Sequence record: MT446392.1
DNA from: Escherichia virus TH15
Length of the DNA: 64,000 nt
Direction: 5' to 3' (one strand)
In this document: positions 9,243 through 19,400 of the stretch, piece after piece
Layout: every line of letters starts with the position of its first letter
Position numbering within the stretch: the first letter of the stretch is position 1
The notes under the pieces: generated by a model
Seen by the model: the letters and a program-made list of their open reading frames with translations, nothing else
Told to the model about the DNA's origin: nothing
Databases searched by the model: none
Program-made: the position numbers and the translations under genes

Positions 9243-9587
9243 ATGTCTAAAGTCTTTTTTGGTAATCGCAACATTATGTTCTTTAAACAAATTAGCGTAT
9301 CAGAAGCATTTGATTTAAGTTATTCAGGTGGCACAAAAGTTGTTCACCTTAAAAATTTGATGTCTGCAGAATTTGCGTTCTATCAGGACCCTGAAACTGG
9401 TTTCTATAAATTTATTAAATTCCGTATGACTATGGACCGTGATTATCGCGATGTTTATTATACAAGTTATGAAAGTGTTGTGAATGCAATTCGTGAAGCT
9501 TATGGATTGGATTCATTGTCTCTTGACCGCCTGTATAATGCAAGCCTTTATACTTCTGGATTTATTTTAGAACAGCTACAAAAATAG
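9243..9587 (+). CDS. Hypothetical protein
   Basis: ORF with GAGGA SD. Confidence 0.45.
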   Translation: MSKVFFGNRNIMFFKQISVSEAFDLSYSGGTKVVHLKNLMSAEFAFYQDPETGFYKFIKFRMTMDRDYRDVYYTSYESVVNAIREAYGLDSLSLDRLYNASLYTSGFILEQLQK

Positions 9588-9630
9588 TATACAAACTCTT
9601 GGGGTCAGAGTATAATGACCCCACTGGAGC
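9588..9630 (+). promoter_or_regulatory. Early promoter (TATACA -35 / TATAAT -10) with flanking inverted repeat
   Basis: -10 at 9611-9616 flanked by ggggtca / tgacccc. Confidence 0.45.
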
Positions 9631-9660
9631 ACAAAACTTTAACTTACTGAGGAAATTAAT

Positions 9661-10110
9661 ATGACTACTTACATGACTCGTCGTGACGTACTGAATGCTG
9701 GCGCTACCACTATTGCTTACATCCATAATGGTAATTATGTTGCGGGGCGTCCAACTAAAGAAGCTATCACCCAACCAGGTTTTTATTTCGTGGTCAAAGG
9801 TGAAGGCGAATCACGTATTGTTGCCGCACGTTTTTATGTTGGTAACCAACGTTCACAACAAGGGTTTGACACTGTATTAAGTCACATCCGCAAACAGCGT
9901 TCTCAACTGTCTCGCACAATGGCGAACAATGGGGTTATCTATGAAGTCCTGTTTGTCCCGGTTTCTAAAATGAAACCTCTGACAACTGGTTATGGTAAAG
10001 GTCAAATTGCGATGGCGTTCACTCGCTCGCATAGTTCTGATTGTCAGACCCTTTCAGAAATGAATCGCATGCTTGCTGATAACTTTAAATTCATTCTGCA
10101 GAGCTATTAA
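9661..10110 (+). CDS. ndd: Nucleoid disruption protein Ndd
   Basis: 149 aa; motifs [39 protein letters not shown] and C-terminal [12 protein letters not shown] match remembered T4 Ndd. Confidence 0.8.
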   Translation: MTTYMTRRDVLNAGATTIAYIHNGNYVAGRPTKEAITQPGFYFVVKGEGESRIVAARFYVGNQRSQQGFDTVLSHIRKQRSQLSRTMANNGVIYEVLFVPVSKMKPLTTGYGKGQIAMAFTRSHSSDCQTLSEMNRMLADNFKFILQSY

Positions 10111-10199
10111 TATGAGTAATTTCCATAACGAACATGTGATGCAATGGCATCGTCATAATCTTAAATTAACTGGCGTCTTTGGACGCCCTTGAGGAAAAT

Positions 10200-10367
10200 A
10201 TGACATCAGTCTTTTCATTCATTTATCTAGTGGCGGTCATTGTTTTAGTAACTCTTTTTGTCGCAGGTGTCTTCATCCCGCCTATGTGGTTTGTTTATTT
10301 CTTGTGTGGATGGTTTGTACTGGATGCCTTAGTTAAATTTATGGTTTCCGCGGTGAGCAATGATTAA
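10200..10367 (+). CDS. Small membrane protein (55 aa; ac/stp-region analogue)
   Basis: ATG with GAGGA SD (track start 10179 is TTG); two hydrophobic segments. Confidence 0.35.
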   Translation: MTSVFSFIYLVAVIVLVTLFVAGVFIPPMWFVYFLCGWFVLDALVKFMVSAVSND

Positions 10368-10450
10368 GAAAATCTTGGGCTACTCGTTAGCCCTTGCTGC
10401 CTTATTGGTGGCGCTGTATTATGGAATTGTGTTTGCATTAGTGCAGGTTG

Positions 10451-10475
10451 TGCTTTTTATTTCTGATGCTATAAT
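10451..10475 (+). promoter_or_regulatory. Middle promoter (MotA box TGCTTT plus TATAAT) for gene 52
   Basis: TGCTTTTTA at 10451-10459, TATAAT at 10470-10475; T4 gene 52 is also middle-transcribed. Confidence 0.5.
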
Positions 10476-10504
10476 GGCAGTACATTCACTGATATGGTAA
10501 AAAT

Positions 10505-11836
10505 ATGCAACTGAATAAACGTGATTTAAAAGACATTATTGACGTGGAAGCATTGTCATATGCTATCTACACTGTGGAAGGTCGTGCCATTCCAAACATG
10601 ATTGATGGTTTTAAACCAGTTCACAGATTTGTTATGGCGAGAGCATTAGACCTGGCTCGTGGTGATAAAAATAAATTCCATAAGGTTGCATCCATCGCAG
10701 GTGGCGTAGCTGATTATGGTTATCACCATGGTGAAGCATCAGCTGAAGAAGCAACTTCTGGTTTGGTCGCAACATATAAAAATGAATACCCTATGTTTGA
10801 TGGGCAAGGTAACTTTGGTTCCAGAATGGTGCCAGAAGCATCATCAGCTCGTTATGTATTCGCAAGGGTTTCAAAGAACTTTTACAACTTGTTTAAGGAT
10901 ACAGAATATGCTCCGGTCCATCCTGATGAAGAACATAAGCCTCCTGCTTTTTATCTTCCTGTTATTCCTACTGTATTACTTAACGCCACTTCTGGGATTG
11001 CTGTTGGCTTCGCTACTGATATTCTTCCTCATTCGTTCCAGGACGTCAAGGAAGCTGTTAAAGCTATCGTGGAAGGTCGTGAGCCGGTTGCTCCGAAAGT
11101 AAAATATCCAGAATTCCGTGGTGAAGTTGTTGAGCTGGAAGAGCCTGGTAAGTATGAGCTTCATGGCACGTACAAAATGACTTCCAGAACTCAAATGGAA
11201 ATTACTGAAATTCCAGTCCAATGGAACCTGGAAAAGTATACAAGTAAAATCCTGGACCCGCTGGAAGAGAAAGGTTTTATCACCTGGAAAGATAACTGCG
11301 GCGAACATGGTTTTGGGTTTAAGATTAAATTCCGTAAAGAATACAAGCTGGACGGCACTGAAGAAGAGAATCATGAGAAAATCATGAAAGACTTTGGTCT
11401 GATTGAAAAGCTCTCCCAGAACTTAACAGTGCTTAATCACAAAGGTAAACTGGCTGAATACACCAACACGCTTGACTTGATTCGCGATTTCGTTGATGTC
11501 CGTAAGACTTATGTCCAAGTGCGAATTGACAGTAAGATTAAAGAAACTGAAGCAGCATTTAAACTGGCCCGAGCGAAAGTTTTCTTTATTAAAGAAGTTA
11601 TTGATGGCAAGGTTGTTATCCAGGGTAAACCTCGTAAGAAGTTGATTGAGGAGCTCCAGGCAAGCGAAATATATGGCGATTATGCAGAGAAGTTAGTGGC
11701 GATGAACATCTACCATATGACCTCTGACGAAGCCAAGAAGCTTGCAGACGAAGCAAAGGCTAAGAAAGCTGAGCATGAGTACTGGAAGGCAACTGATGTT
11801 AAAACTGAATACCTTAATGACTTGGAGGCTCTATGA
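10505..11836 (+). CDS. 52: DNA topoisomerase II medium subunit (gp52, GyrA-like)
   Basis: 443 aa versus T4 442 aa; N-terminus with the active-site tyrosine region (SYAIYTVEGRAIPNMIDGFKPVHRFVM). Confidence 0.9.
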   Translation: MQLNKRDLKDIIDVEALSYAIYTVEGRAIPNMIDGFKPVHRFVMARALDLARGDKNKFHKVASIAGGVADYGYHHGEASAEEATSGLVATYKNEYPMFDGQGNFGSRMVPEASSARYVFARVSKNFYNLFKDTEYAPVHPDEEHKPPAFYLPVIPTVLLNATSGIAVGFATDILPHSFQDVKEAVKAIVEGREPVAPKVKYPEFRGEVVELEEPGKYELHGTYKMTSRTQMEITEIPVQWNLEKYTSKILDPLEEKGFITWKDNCGEHGFGFKIKFRKEYKLDGTEEENHEKIMKDFGLIEKLSQNLTVLNHKGKLAEYTNTLDLIRDFVDVRKTYVQVRIDSKIKETEAAFKLARAKVFFIKEVIDGKVVIQGKPRKKLIEELQASEIYGDYAEKLVAMNIYHMTSDEAKKLADEAKAKKAEHEYWKATDVKTEYLNDLEAL

Positions 11837-11927
11837 GCATAGAAAATGAATACGCAGTGATTTGTGCTGCTGTAGTTGGCCTGTTGATTGCCTGGGTTAT
11901 TGGCAAAGTGATTGATTCTTAAAAACT

Positions 11928-11951
11928 AGGACCCTTCGGGGTCCTTTTTTA
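11928..11951 (+). terminator. Intrinsic terminator downstream of gene 52
   Basis: aggacccttcggggtcctttttt. Confidence 0.7.
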
Positions 11952-11955
11952 TTTT

Positions 11956-12011
11956 AAAAAGTAGTGTACAAGTCCCTTGACCTGATGCATAATGATTCCA
12001 TACTGAGTTAC
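11956..12011 (+). promoter_or_regulatory. Early promoter cassette copy 2 (terminator-proximal)
   Basis: -35 TGTACA 11965-11970, -10 CATAAT 11988-11993, same 18-nt leader as the other copies. Confidence 0.6.
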
Positions 12012-12039
12012 CAAATGAATCAAACTACGGGAGAATAAA

Positions 12040-12255
12040 ATGTTTACTGCACAACAGAATGAAGGTCAAGAATACATCAACGCTAAATTCAAATCTAACA
12101 AAGAAGCTTGCTATTACTACTTTGACATGTTCAAACTGGCGAATTCTAAAGAAGAACGTAAACAAGCGATTGATGTTATTGTTTCTACTTCCCATATGAA
12201 GCGTACTGTGGTACAATCATATGCATCCAATTACATGAAATCTATTAAGGGATAA
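12040..12255 (+). CDS. Hypothetical early protein
   Basis: First ORF after promoter cassette copy 2; GGGAGA SD. Confidence 0.45.
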   Translation: MFTAQQNEGQEYINAKFKSNKEACYYYFDMFKLANSKEERKQAIDVIVSTSHMKRTVVQSYASNYMKSIKG

Positions 12256-12257
12256 TT

Positions 12258-12866
12258 ATGAACAAGTTAAATTATATCGTTAAATGCTCCCAGAACGCTC
12301 TACACGAGACTGATGTCAATGCTCTGGTGTTTGTATACAAAAACAACTTTGTTCGTCCTGAGGTTGTTTTAGACCAGCAGAACACATCAATTGATAGCGT
12401 ACAGACATTGTTGAATAACAACTATGTTGAAGCTTCTGGTGATGGTTTGATGATTACAGAAAAGGGTGTTGACCTTATTCTGGATGCAGCTGAACTTTGG
12501 GCAAATGAAAATAATCCTGACCTTCTGGAAGTAAAGAAGACAAGAACAAAACGCGGTGTGACTGATGAAATGGAAGCGACTGCAGAATATATCAAAGAGC
12601 AATTGTTGTCCATTGGTATTGACTTTAAGAGCATTTCAGAAGACCGCAGTAATTTGATTGTGAAGTTCAAGCGTGTCAAGACATTAAAACAGATTGATGT
12701 GCGCCGCGATGGTCAGATTCGTGTGCATGCGTATAATACTGAACAAAAGATAGTAAAACAGTTTACAGACGTGGGATTTAGTGTTAAAGTAGGTGGATTG
12801 AATACCTACATTGACAATCATATGTCAACTGAAAACATTCAACATGTTATTAACATCTTAAAGTGA
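12258..12866 (+). CDS. motA: Middle-transcription activator MotA
   Basis: 202 aa; segments EASGDGLMITEKG and ELWANENNPDLL parallel remembered T4 MotA; position between 52 and asiA. Confidence 0.8.
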   Translation: MNKLNYIVKCSQNALHETDVNALVFVYKNNFVRPEVVLDQQNTSIDSVQTLLNNNYVEASGDGLMITEKGVDLILDAAELWANENNPDLLEVKKTRTKRGVTDEMEATAEYIKEQLLSIGIDFKSISEDRSNLIVKFKRVKTLKQIDVRRDGQIRVHAYNTEQKIVKQFTDVGFSVKVGGLNTYIDNHMSTENIQHVINILK

Positions 12867-12873
12867 GGAAATT

Positions 12874-13206
12874 ATGAATAAGCTGAATATTGTTAATGAA
12901 TTGCGCGCTTGTGTAGAACCTACTCAAGAGGGTTGGGATGTTTGGTATCATGGCGCTTATCTTGGAACTATTATCAAGGTCAAAGCTGGTCAATATCTTA
13001 TCCATCGCCAAGATGATGCAGCAGCTCCGTTTGGTGTTCGCAAGAACTTCATGGCGGCAATTGGTGCCTTTGTTCCAGCAGCATATGAAGTCTATAAAGC
13101 TGACTACAAAGAATACCAGGAATCACAACCAGTTATTCGCTCAATTGGTGTTAATAAAGCTCAACAGAAAAGTCTGTGGCAACGTGTTAAAGGTTGGTTC
13201 AAATGA
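12874..13206 (+). CDS. Hypothetical protein
   Basis: ORF with GAGGA SD in the motA-asiA interval. Confidence 0.45.
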   Translation: MNKLNIVNELRACVEPTQEGWDVWYHGAYLGTIIKVKAGQYLIHRQDDAAAPFGVRKNFMAAIGAFVPAAYEVYKADYKEYQESQPVIRSIGVNKAQQKSLWQRVKGWFK

Positions 13207-13541
13207 TTCCTATGGAGCTAAACTGGGATGGCGAAGGCCATTCCCTTAAATTGATTGAAGAACAACGTAACGCTTGGGATGAGCGCTGCGCCCTGGTGAA
13301 TGGTATTAAGGTAATTTATAACCTTCATCTCCAGATTGATAATGTTTCTCTTGAGTTTGGTATGCAGTTATCACGTTTTCTTGAGATTATTACTATAGAA
13401 AAAGTATCTATAACTTCGTTTGGTGTATGCCAAACAGTTGATATCAAATTGACTTCTTCTGACAAAGGCGAGCTGATTGGTATTGGTGATAAAATTCATG
13501 AATTCGTGAAATATAATGGTTATAAGGTGATTATTAAATGA
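13203..13541 (+). CDS. Hypothetical protein
   Basis: ATG overlapping the previous stop (ATGA); track start 13194 is TTG. Confidence 0.4.
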   Translation: MIPMELNWDGEGHSLKLIEEQRNAWDERCALVNGIKVIYNLHLQIDNVSLEFGMQLSRFLEIITIEKVSITSFGVCQTVDIKLTSSDKGELIGIGDKIHEFVKYNGYKVIIK

Positions 13542-14026
13542 ATCCATTAAAAGGTAAAGAATTATCCTTTAAAGACCGTATGGCCTTGTTAGATAAAGCT
13601 CTTTCTCGGGAGACTCCTGAAAGTCTCGCTGCTAAATTACAGGCATACGGTGATTACACCGAATATTCTGAACAAGATGTTCTAAAAGAAGTCCCAGAAA
13701 TCTGTTGGCAGATTGCTCATTGGAACAATAATGAAAAATATCAGCGACGGATTGTATGTGCAGCTAACCGCTTTAAGCTAAAAGATGGTGGGACTCTGGT
13801 TATTCCTGGAGCCAGACATTATTCAAAAGATATGGCAGAAGTGCTTGACCAGGTAAGTGATAAACTTGTGTCAGACCATGTTTGTGGTGATAATCAAGGA
13901 TTCATTGACCAGTACAGCAATTACTGGACTCGCGAAGAAGCAATGATTATTGCGACTTATGCAAATCAGGTGCGTATTGAACGGGGTGGTAGTGAGAAAG
14001 AACTTTATTCAGAGGACCTTTACTAA
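13538..14026 (+). CDS. Hypothetical protein
   Basis: 162-aa ORF, translationally coupled to its neighbours. Confidence 0.45.
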   Translation: MNPLKGKELSFKDRMALLDKALSRETPESLAAKLQAYGDYTEYSEQDVLKEVPEICWQIAHWNNNEKYQRRIVCAANRFKLKDGGTLVIPGARHYSKDMAEVLDQVSDKLVSDHVCGDNQGFIDQYSNYWTREEAMIIATYANQVRIERGGSEKELYSEDLY

Positions 14027-14304
14027 TGAACCTTAAACAACTCCAAATTGATGCGATTGAAAACCATATTAATCATATCAAACGTCTGAATACTATGATG
14101 GAAGAAAACTGGGGAACTTATGTCAACCAACCTGGTTGGGATGCTTTGGACCATGAATATATAAAGGATATTAGTGATAACACGTATAGAGTTAGAGAAG
14201 GCCTGAAGCCGTTCCTGCGTGATATGTATATCGCAACAAATAAAGCAATTATTAATTATCTTGAATACAAATTAAGGGAATTGCATGAACAACCTGGTAG
14301 CTAA
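14026..14304 (+). CDS. Hypothetical protein (92 aa)
   Basis: ORF overlapping the previous stop (TAATG). Same size as T4 Arn but no sequence evidence, so not assigned. Confidence 0.45.
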   Translation: MNLKQLQIDAIENHINHIKRLNTMMEENWGTYVNQPGWDALDHEYIKDISDNTYRVREGLKPFLRDMYIATNKAIINYLEYKLRELHEQPGS

Positions 14305-14616
14305 GCACGATTTCAATAAGGCGTCTGTCCATAAGGACAAGAAGAAAAACTTTAAAGAATCCAATCGCAAACAGAAACATAAGGGTAAAGGCTATGAGTC
14401 ATAACTTAGAGAACACCGTTACTGGTCAGCGTACACGCGAGCAAGCTTGCTTTGAGGAATTCCTTGGAGCTGATTTTAAGTTCCAGGAACCAATTGAAGA
14501 TATGTATCAGACATATGTTGTACAGATGGAAAATCATGTGTACAACCCCGAAGAATAATAGTACAATATCCTTACTGAATAATTGAATGTCTTATTGAAT
14601 ACTTGAGTAAAATAAA

Positions 14617-14892
14617 ATGACTAAATTTGAAATCGTTTCTGAAATTGTTACCGTTACTTCAATTTTGATTAAAACCGACCGGGAAGATATTACGATGAAG
14701 CGTGATGTGTTTATCGCGTTTTTGAATGAGTTGGGATTGAGGAATGAGAATGGGAATGAGTTAAACAATGTATCGTTTAACAAGTTGTTTAAAAGTTTAT
14801 CTGAAGATGAAATTGAACAAATCATTGAACAATTTAACGAAGGATTCGAAGATATACACCGATATCTGATGATGTATACCTCCGGATTCTAA
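14617..14892 (+). CDS. asiA: Anti-sigma70 factor AsiA
   Basis: 91 aa; EIVTVTSILIK, FIAFLNELG and FNEGFEDIHRYLMMYT match remembered T4 AsiA. Confidence 0.85.
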   Translation: MTKFEIVSEIVTVTSILIKTDREDITMKRDVFIAFLNELGLRNENGNELNNVSFNKLFKSLSEDEIEQIIEQFNEGFEDIHRYLMMYTSGF

Positions 14893-15542
14893 CGTGTACG
14901 CCCGAGCGTACGACCTGCTTGTCCACACATAGCAGAAAGTCTATCAAAACCAAGGTCTGGTTTCTGAACGTACCAATACAAAGAAACTGTACCTGCGTAA
15001 ACGTTCTCTAGATTAAAGAATGGGCAGCTGAACATATATGCGAAGCTGCTTTTTTTCTTTGTTGGTAAGAATACAAATTCATTACTGGATTCAAAATAAT
15101 TACCATTAACCCCCGCCAAATATTCCGCTGAAGTCTTATCTATTGGAAACCCACCCAAATTTTTCTCGTCAACTGTATCAGGCAATCTCCCTTCGTATCC
15201 AACCATATCCACAAAGTAATTAAGGTTAGTTGGTCTGAAGGAATAAATGGCTGTAAAGTCAGCTCCACTTGATGAATGGACTATCTGGATTTGCTCGATA
15301 GCTGCAATTTTAAATCTGTTGTCCTGGTCTTGCCTTATCATTTCAGTGTACGAGGCATATGAAGCATCCCTGTATGCATCTAAAATTGCATCACCTTTAT
15401 ACCAGATTACCGCCATTAAAAATAATAGAACAATAACTAGTACCCGGGAAAAGACAACTTTCCCGGTCGCATTATCTTTAAAAATTCTATCAAGAAGTCC
15501 AAAAAGTAGGTCGGGGATTGAGATTCCTACTTTTGGTTCCAT
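14889..15542 (-). CDS. t: Holin T
   Basis: 217 aa; DLLFGLLDRIFKDNATGKV, SGADFTAIYSFRPTNLNYFVD and YMFSCPFFNLENVYAGT match remembered T4 holin. Confidence 0.9.
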   Translation of the reverse strand: MEPKVGISIPDLLFGLLDRIFKDNATGKVVFSRVLVIVLLFLMAVIWYKGDAILDAYRDASYASYTEMIRQDQDNRFKIAAIEQIQIVHSSSGADFTAIYSFRPTNLNYFVDMVGYEGRLPDTVDEKNLGGFPIDKTSAEYLAGVNGNYFESSNEFVFLPTKKKSSFAYMFSCPFFNLENVYAGTVSLYWYVQKPDLGFDRLSAMCGQAGRTLGRTR

Positions 15543-15560
15543 ACTTTTCTCCTTTAAAGA

Positions 15561-15568
15561 TATTTATA
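15561..15568 (-). promoter_or_regulatory. Late promoter TATAAATA for holin t
   Basis: Minus-strand TATAAATA 18 nt upstream of the t start, followed by AGGAG. Confidence 0.55.
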
Positions 15569-15579
15569 GCGCAAAAGTA

Positions 15580-16380
15580 TTATAGCCATGGTCCATAGAT
15601 AGTACCTGTTGCTCCCCACATCGGGGATGACACTGCAACAGCTGCACCAGAACCGCCGCCGTCACCTCTTTTAAGGACAGAACCACCGTCGGACCATGCG
15701 TTTTGACCTGCGCCGCCAGCATCACCACCTCGTCCTGAGTGGGCGTTACCGTAATCATATCCGCCACCTGGGCTTTCATAAGAAGCGCCACCGCCAGAAG
15801 AACCGCCCCCACCGCCGGGGCCGAATGGTCTTCCGCCGCCGCCGCCAATATCCTGCCAGTTGGCACCAGAGTGTACTCGATAGGCAATGCCGCCACCGCC
15901 ACCGCCGCCACCGCAGATAACACCATAGTTCCAAATACGGAGTCTATGTCCTATATGGTTAACAATACAATCACCACCCCATTGCCCGTTGCCGTCACCG
16001 CCGGAGTGTGTCCAACCACCTTGCCCACCGCGTCCCCACATGTGAACTCCACCATGAATATTCAAAGTAACATATTCGTTAGGAGTATCTCCATTCATAA
16101 AGAATAACGGAACATCACGGGTATAAGATACTAAATCACCTGTGATATTAAACACTATAGGAGCACCACCGGCTTCAAAACAACGGTCACGGAACCATTG
16201 ACCATTAAAGTTATGGTCAGCTCCAAGCGTATGAATAATCTCACGAGAACGACCCGCGAATTGTGACATCCATGAAGGGTTTCCTAAACGAAGTTCCCTC
16301 GAAGCGGCCGACATCCATCTTTGCCCGGTTTCAGCGACGGCTGAAGTCCCAATCCAACCAGGAATTCCTACTACTGCCAT
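15580..16380 (-). CDS. 38: Tail-fibre adhesin gp38 (T2/S16-type, glycine-rich receptor-binding domain)
   Basis: 266 aa directly downstream of gene 37; repeated poly-Gly blocks separated by short variable segments. Confidence 0.75.
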   Translation of the reverse strand: MAVVGIPGWIGTSAVAETGQRWMSAASRELRLGNPSWMSQFAGRSREIIHTLGADHNFNGQWFRDRCFEAGGAPIVFNITGDLVSYTRDVPLFFMNGDTPNEYVTLNIHGGVHMWGRGGQGGWTHSGGDGNGQWGGDCIVNHIGHRLRIWNYGVICGGGGGGGGIAYRVHSGANWQDIGGGGGRPFGPGGGGGSSGGGASYESPGGGYDYGNAHSGRGGDAGGAGQNAWSDGGSVLKRGDGGGSGAAVAVSSPMWGATGTIYGPWL

Positions 16381-16391
16381 ATAAACCTCCA

Positions 16392-16415
16392 GGGCCCGAA
16401 GGCCCTTTTATTATT
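16392..16415 (+). terminator. Plus-strand-oriented intrinsic terminator inside the minus-strand late operon (between 37 and 38)
   Basis: gggcccgaaggccc followed by ttttattatttt on the plus strand; the opposite strand lacks a U-run. Confidence 0.5.
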
Positions 16416-19400
16416 TTATCAATGATTTAATTAATGCTTTCAATTCAGCAATTTCAGATTTCAATTCCTTGATTTCGTCAGTATGCTCGTTGATAGTAGC
16501 AGTATTTAAACCGATAATACCGTTATAGTTTAAACGAAGTAAGCCGGTCTCTTTATCTTCAGAAACAAGTTCAGGCAATATTTCTTGAACTTCTTGAGCA
16601 ATTAAACCTGCAGATGGTTTAACTTCGTCTGTAACAGAGTTTTTAAGCAGATAAGTATAACCACCTAAGAGTTTAGATTTCTCTTGAGCGTTATCGATAA
16701 GCTTAATTTCCGACTTACAACGAATATCAGAACGGATATAAACGTCGTTAACGTCGATATTATCACGAACATACATACCAGCGTTAACGTTAAGGGCGAC
16801 GTTGCCGAATGTCTGAGCAAGCCCAGCACGGAAACTGAATACACCTTGGCCATTAGCATACGCGTTGAAAATACCGTCTGCTTCCCATACCAATCCAGTG
16901 TCGTTATCACCAATAACAATACAAGGGCCCGTCCATACCGGGTCACCGCCACCTGCTGATACTCTGTTGCTCTTAAGTAGGCTAGGGGCATAAAAAGTAC
17001 CGTTACTGTGGAATTCATAGATGGCTTGTGGGTCTGAACCGTTTTCCTGGTTGCCTACACGGATAATACCTTGTGCCCATGTATTAGTGATACGGCGCAT
17101 ACCAAAATCTACACCAGATACATAACCTTCATTAGTAATACCAGATCTTCCTTTAATAATAGGATAATAACTATCATTACCGACATTACCAAAATCCACA
17201 AACACAGGAGCTTCTTGACGCCATTGGTTTATCCAATCGCCAGCCTGGTGCGCAGCCCATTGCGAACCCTTTATATAAAGACGGTCCCTATTAAAATAAA
17301 AAGTATCCGACCCTTGAGGAGCTAAAGCAATTTCCCCACTATTATGAATATTAACGCCTGAATTGGTTCTGAAACTATAAAACGATAGAGCATTATCGGC
17401 GCCACCATTACCTACATACCAGTTATCAACGCCTGCTTTTTGTCCTTTCACATAACCAGATTCGGTTGCAGCACTGTTAATAACAATAGCATCCGAGTTG
17501 GCATTAATAGTTAAGCGACCAGTCATCGTATCGCCTTCTTTAGCCACACGGGAGGCAATAGCATCGCGAATATTTGTAGTGTCTCCTGCTGAAGTGAACG
17601 TTTTCCAGATATCAGAGAAGATGTTACCATTTTTAGCAATAGTAGCTTCGCCGCCCCCAACTTGCACGTTATCCGGGAAGTTAACTGTACCATCAGCATT
17701 AAATCTTGAGGTATGGGCTTGTGAACCATCTTCTTTCAAATGATGTAAAACAAATGTACCTGAATTAATTTCAGTACCCAAAGACCAGACAGCTTTACCA
17801 TTTAAAAACTTCTGTTTAACAATAGGATAATATTTGCTTACAGCATCATCATCAATTTCCTGGAAAATAGGAGCAGCTTGTGAATACTGAATATCATAAC
17901 CACCAGCACCCGCACCGTGTCCACCAAATTTAATAAAACCATTTTCAGCAAAAGTTGTATGGCTCAAATCCAGGTCCGGAATAACCACCTTACCGGTATC
18001 TAAAGCCAAACTAAACGGGCGAAGTGGACCGATGTCCCCAGTTTTACCTTCACCAAAGGCGGTAGGAATAATATGAAGACTTCCTTCTGAACGACGGAAA
18101 ATAGCGGCGTAATCGTCGTTCCAAATTCTAAGAGCATTGACCGCATTACCAGCAATAGTGCCGGAGACGTTAACTTCCTGACCGACATTTATACTTTCGT
18201 TTACGCCCAAAGTTCCATTTAAATGACTTTGAATAGCACCTGAAGACAGACGTTGATAATATTGAATCCAGCTAGTTGCATCAGATATTTCCATTACGTT
18301 TTTACGGTCGCCATCAACATTAGTAAAGGTATTACCCCAAACGGCGATAGTCATATTATCAACTGAACTACTTCCTGTAGTATTTCCTCTAAACATTAGT
18401 GTAGAAGCATTGTTGCGGCCGTCGATATTAACCGAACCGCCGATAACATTAATATCACCTGGGGTAACTAACAACCCACCAGCGGTGTTAACGTTTGTAG
18501 TGCCTTTACCACGGAAATAGTGGTGATAATTACCACCTTGATAATATCCTAAAAGGGTTTGACCGTCGCCGTATGCGTTATTATCGTGGTAGGTAACTAC
18601 AGTTGCCAGGGCATAGTTTTCTGCCGGTGGCGTTGTCATAAGAACCCCATCTGGAGAATATCCCATTACCATTTTTCTAAGGCTTTGGGTTTCTTCTGGG
18701 CCATAGATGAAAGTTCTTATGCCGTTGTTTACTGTATGGAAATATCCATCTTGGTGCCATTTTAAGCCTGTATCATTATCACCAAGGGCAATTGAAGCTG
18801 TTCCTAATTCGGAATATCCTTTAGGACCGTGTGGAAGACCTACAGAAACAGAATGACCCGCTTTCAACCCACCAGACCAAGTAAACGACCAAAGATATGC
18901 CTCTAATCCGTCGCCAGCATACCAGGTTATCCCATCATTGTCTTTAACCTCATGGAATATGCCAGCGCCTACAGCATTTCTCATAACACGAAGATGGTTA
19001 ATTGCTGTTTCGCTTTCGGTTAAAGGAGCATTATCAGCCATTGAATAGATGTCATAATCACCCGCCTTCTTGCCGTTGGTAATAACTTTATCGGTCAGAA
19101 TTTGTGGCGAAGAAATAGATTTCCACGCTGATACCTCAGGAGCTGTGAAAAGACCATTACCTGAAAACGCGTAAGTGCTTTCACTTCCTGCAGCGTAATC
19201 TTGGACGCGAATATTAACTACTTGATTGGTAAGACCTGCATTATTTGGCGAAAAGATAATACCGCGTTCTCGGTCATCGCCATCAAAGAAACGAAGGTGA
19301 GAAGTTGAGGCGCTCTTAGAAATCAGTTCGCCGCCTTCAGTCATTATCTGACCTGCAGCAATAATATCGCGAGTTACACGAGCAATTCCGGTTAAATTAA

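Noticed and set aside
15840-15930. Short GCC/GCG-rich tandem repeats that could resemble a repeat array
   Set aside because: They are in-frame Gly/Pro codons of gp38; there are no spacer-repeat units or cas genes, so this is not a CRISPR array.
15564-16107. Alternative-frame ORFs (15564-15926 minus, 15696-15920 plus, 15739-16107 plus) within gene 38
   Set aside because: They arise from the GC-rich GGN-codon repeats encoding the glycine-rich adhesin, which are open in several frames; only the gp38 frame has synteny and a coherent product.
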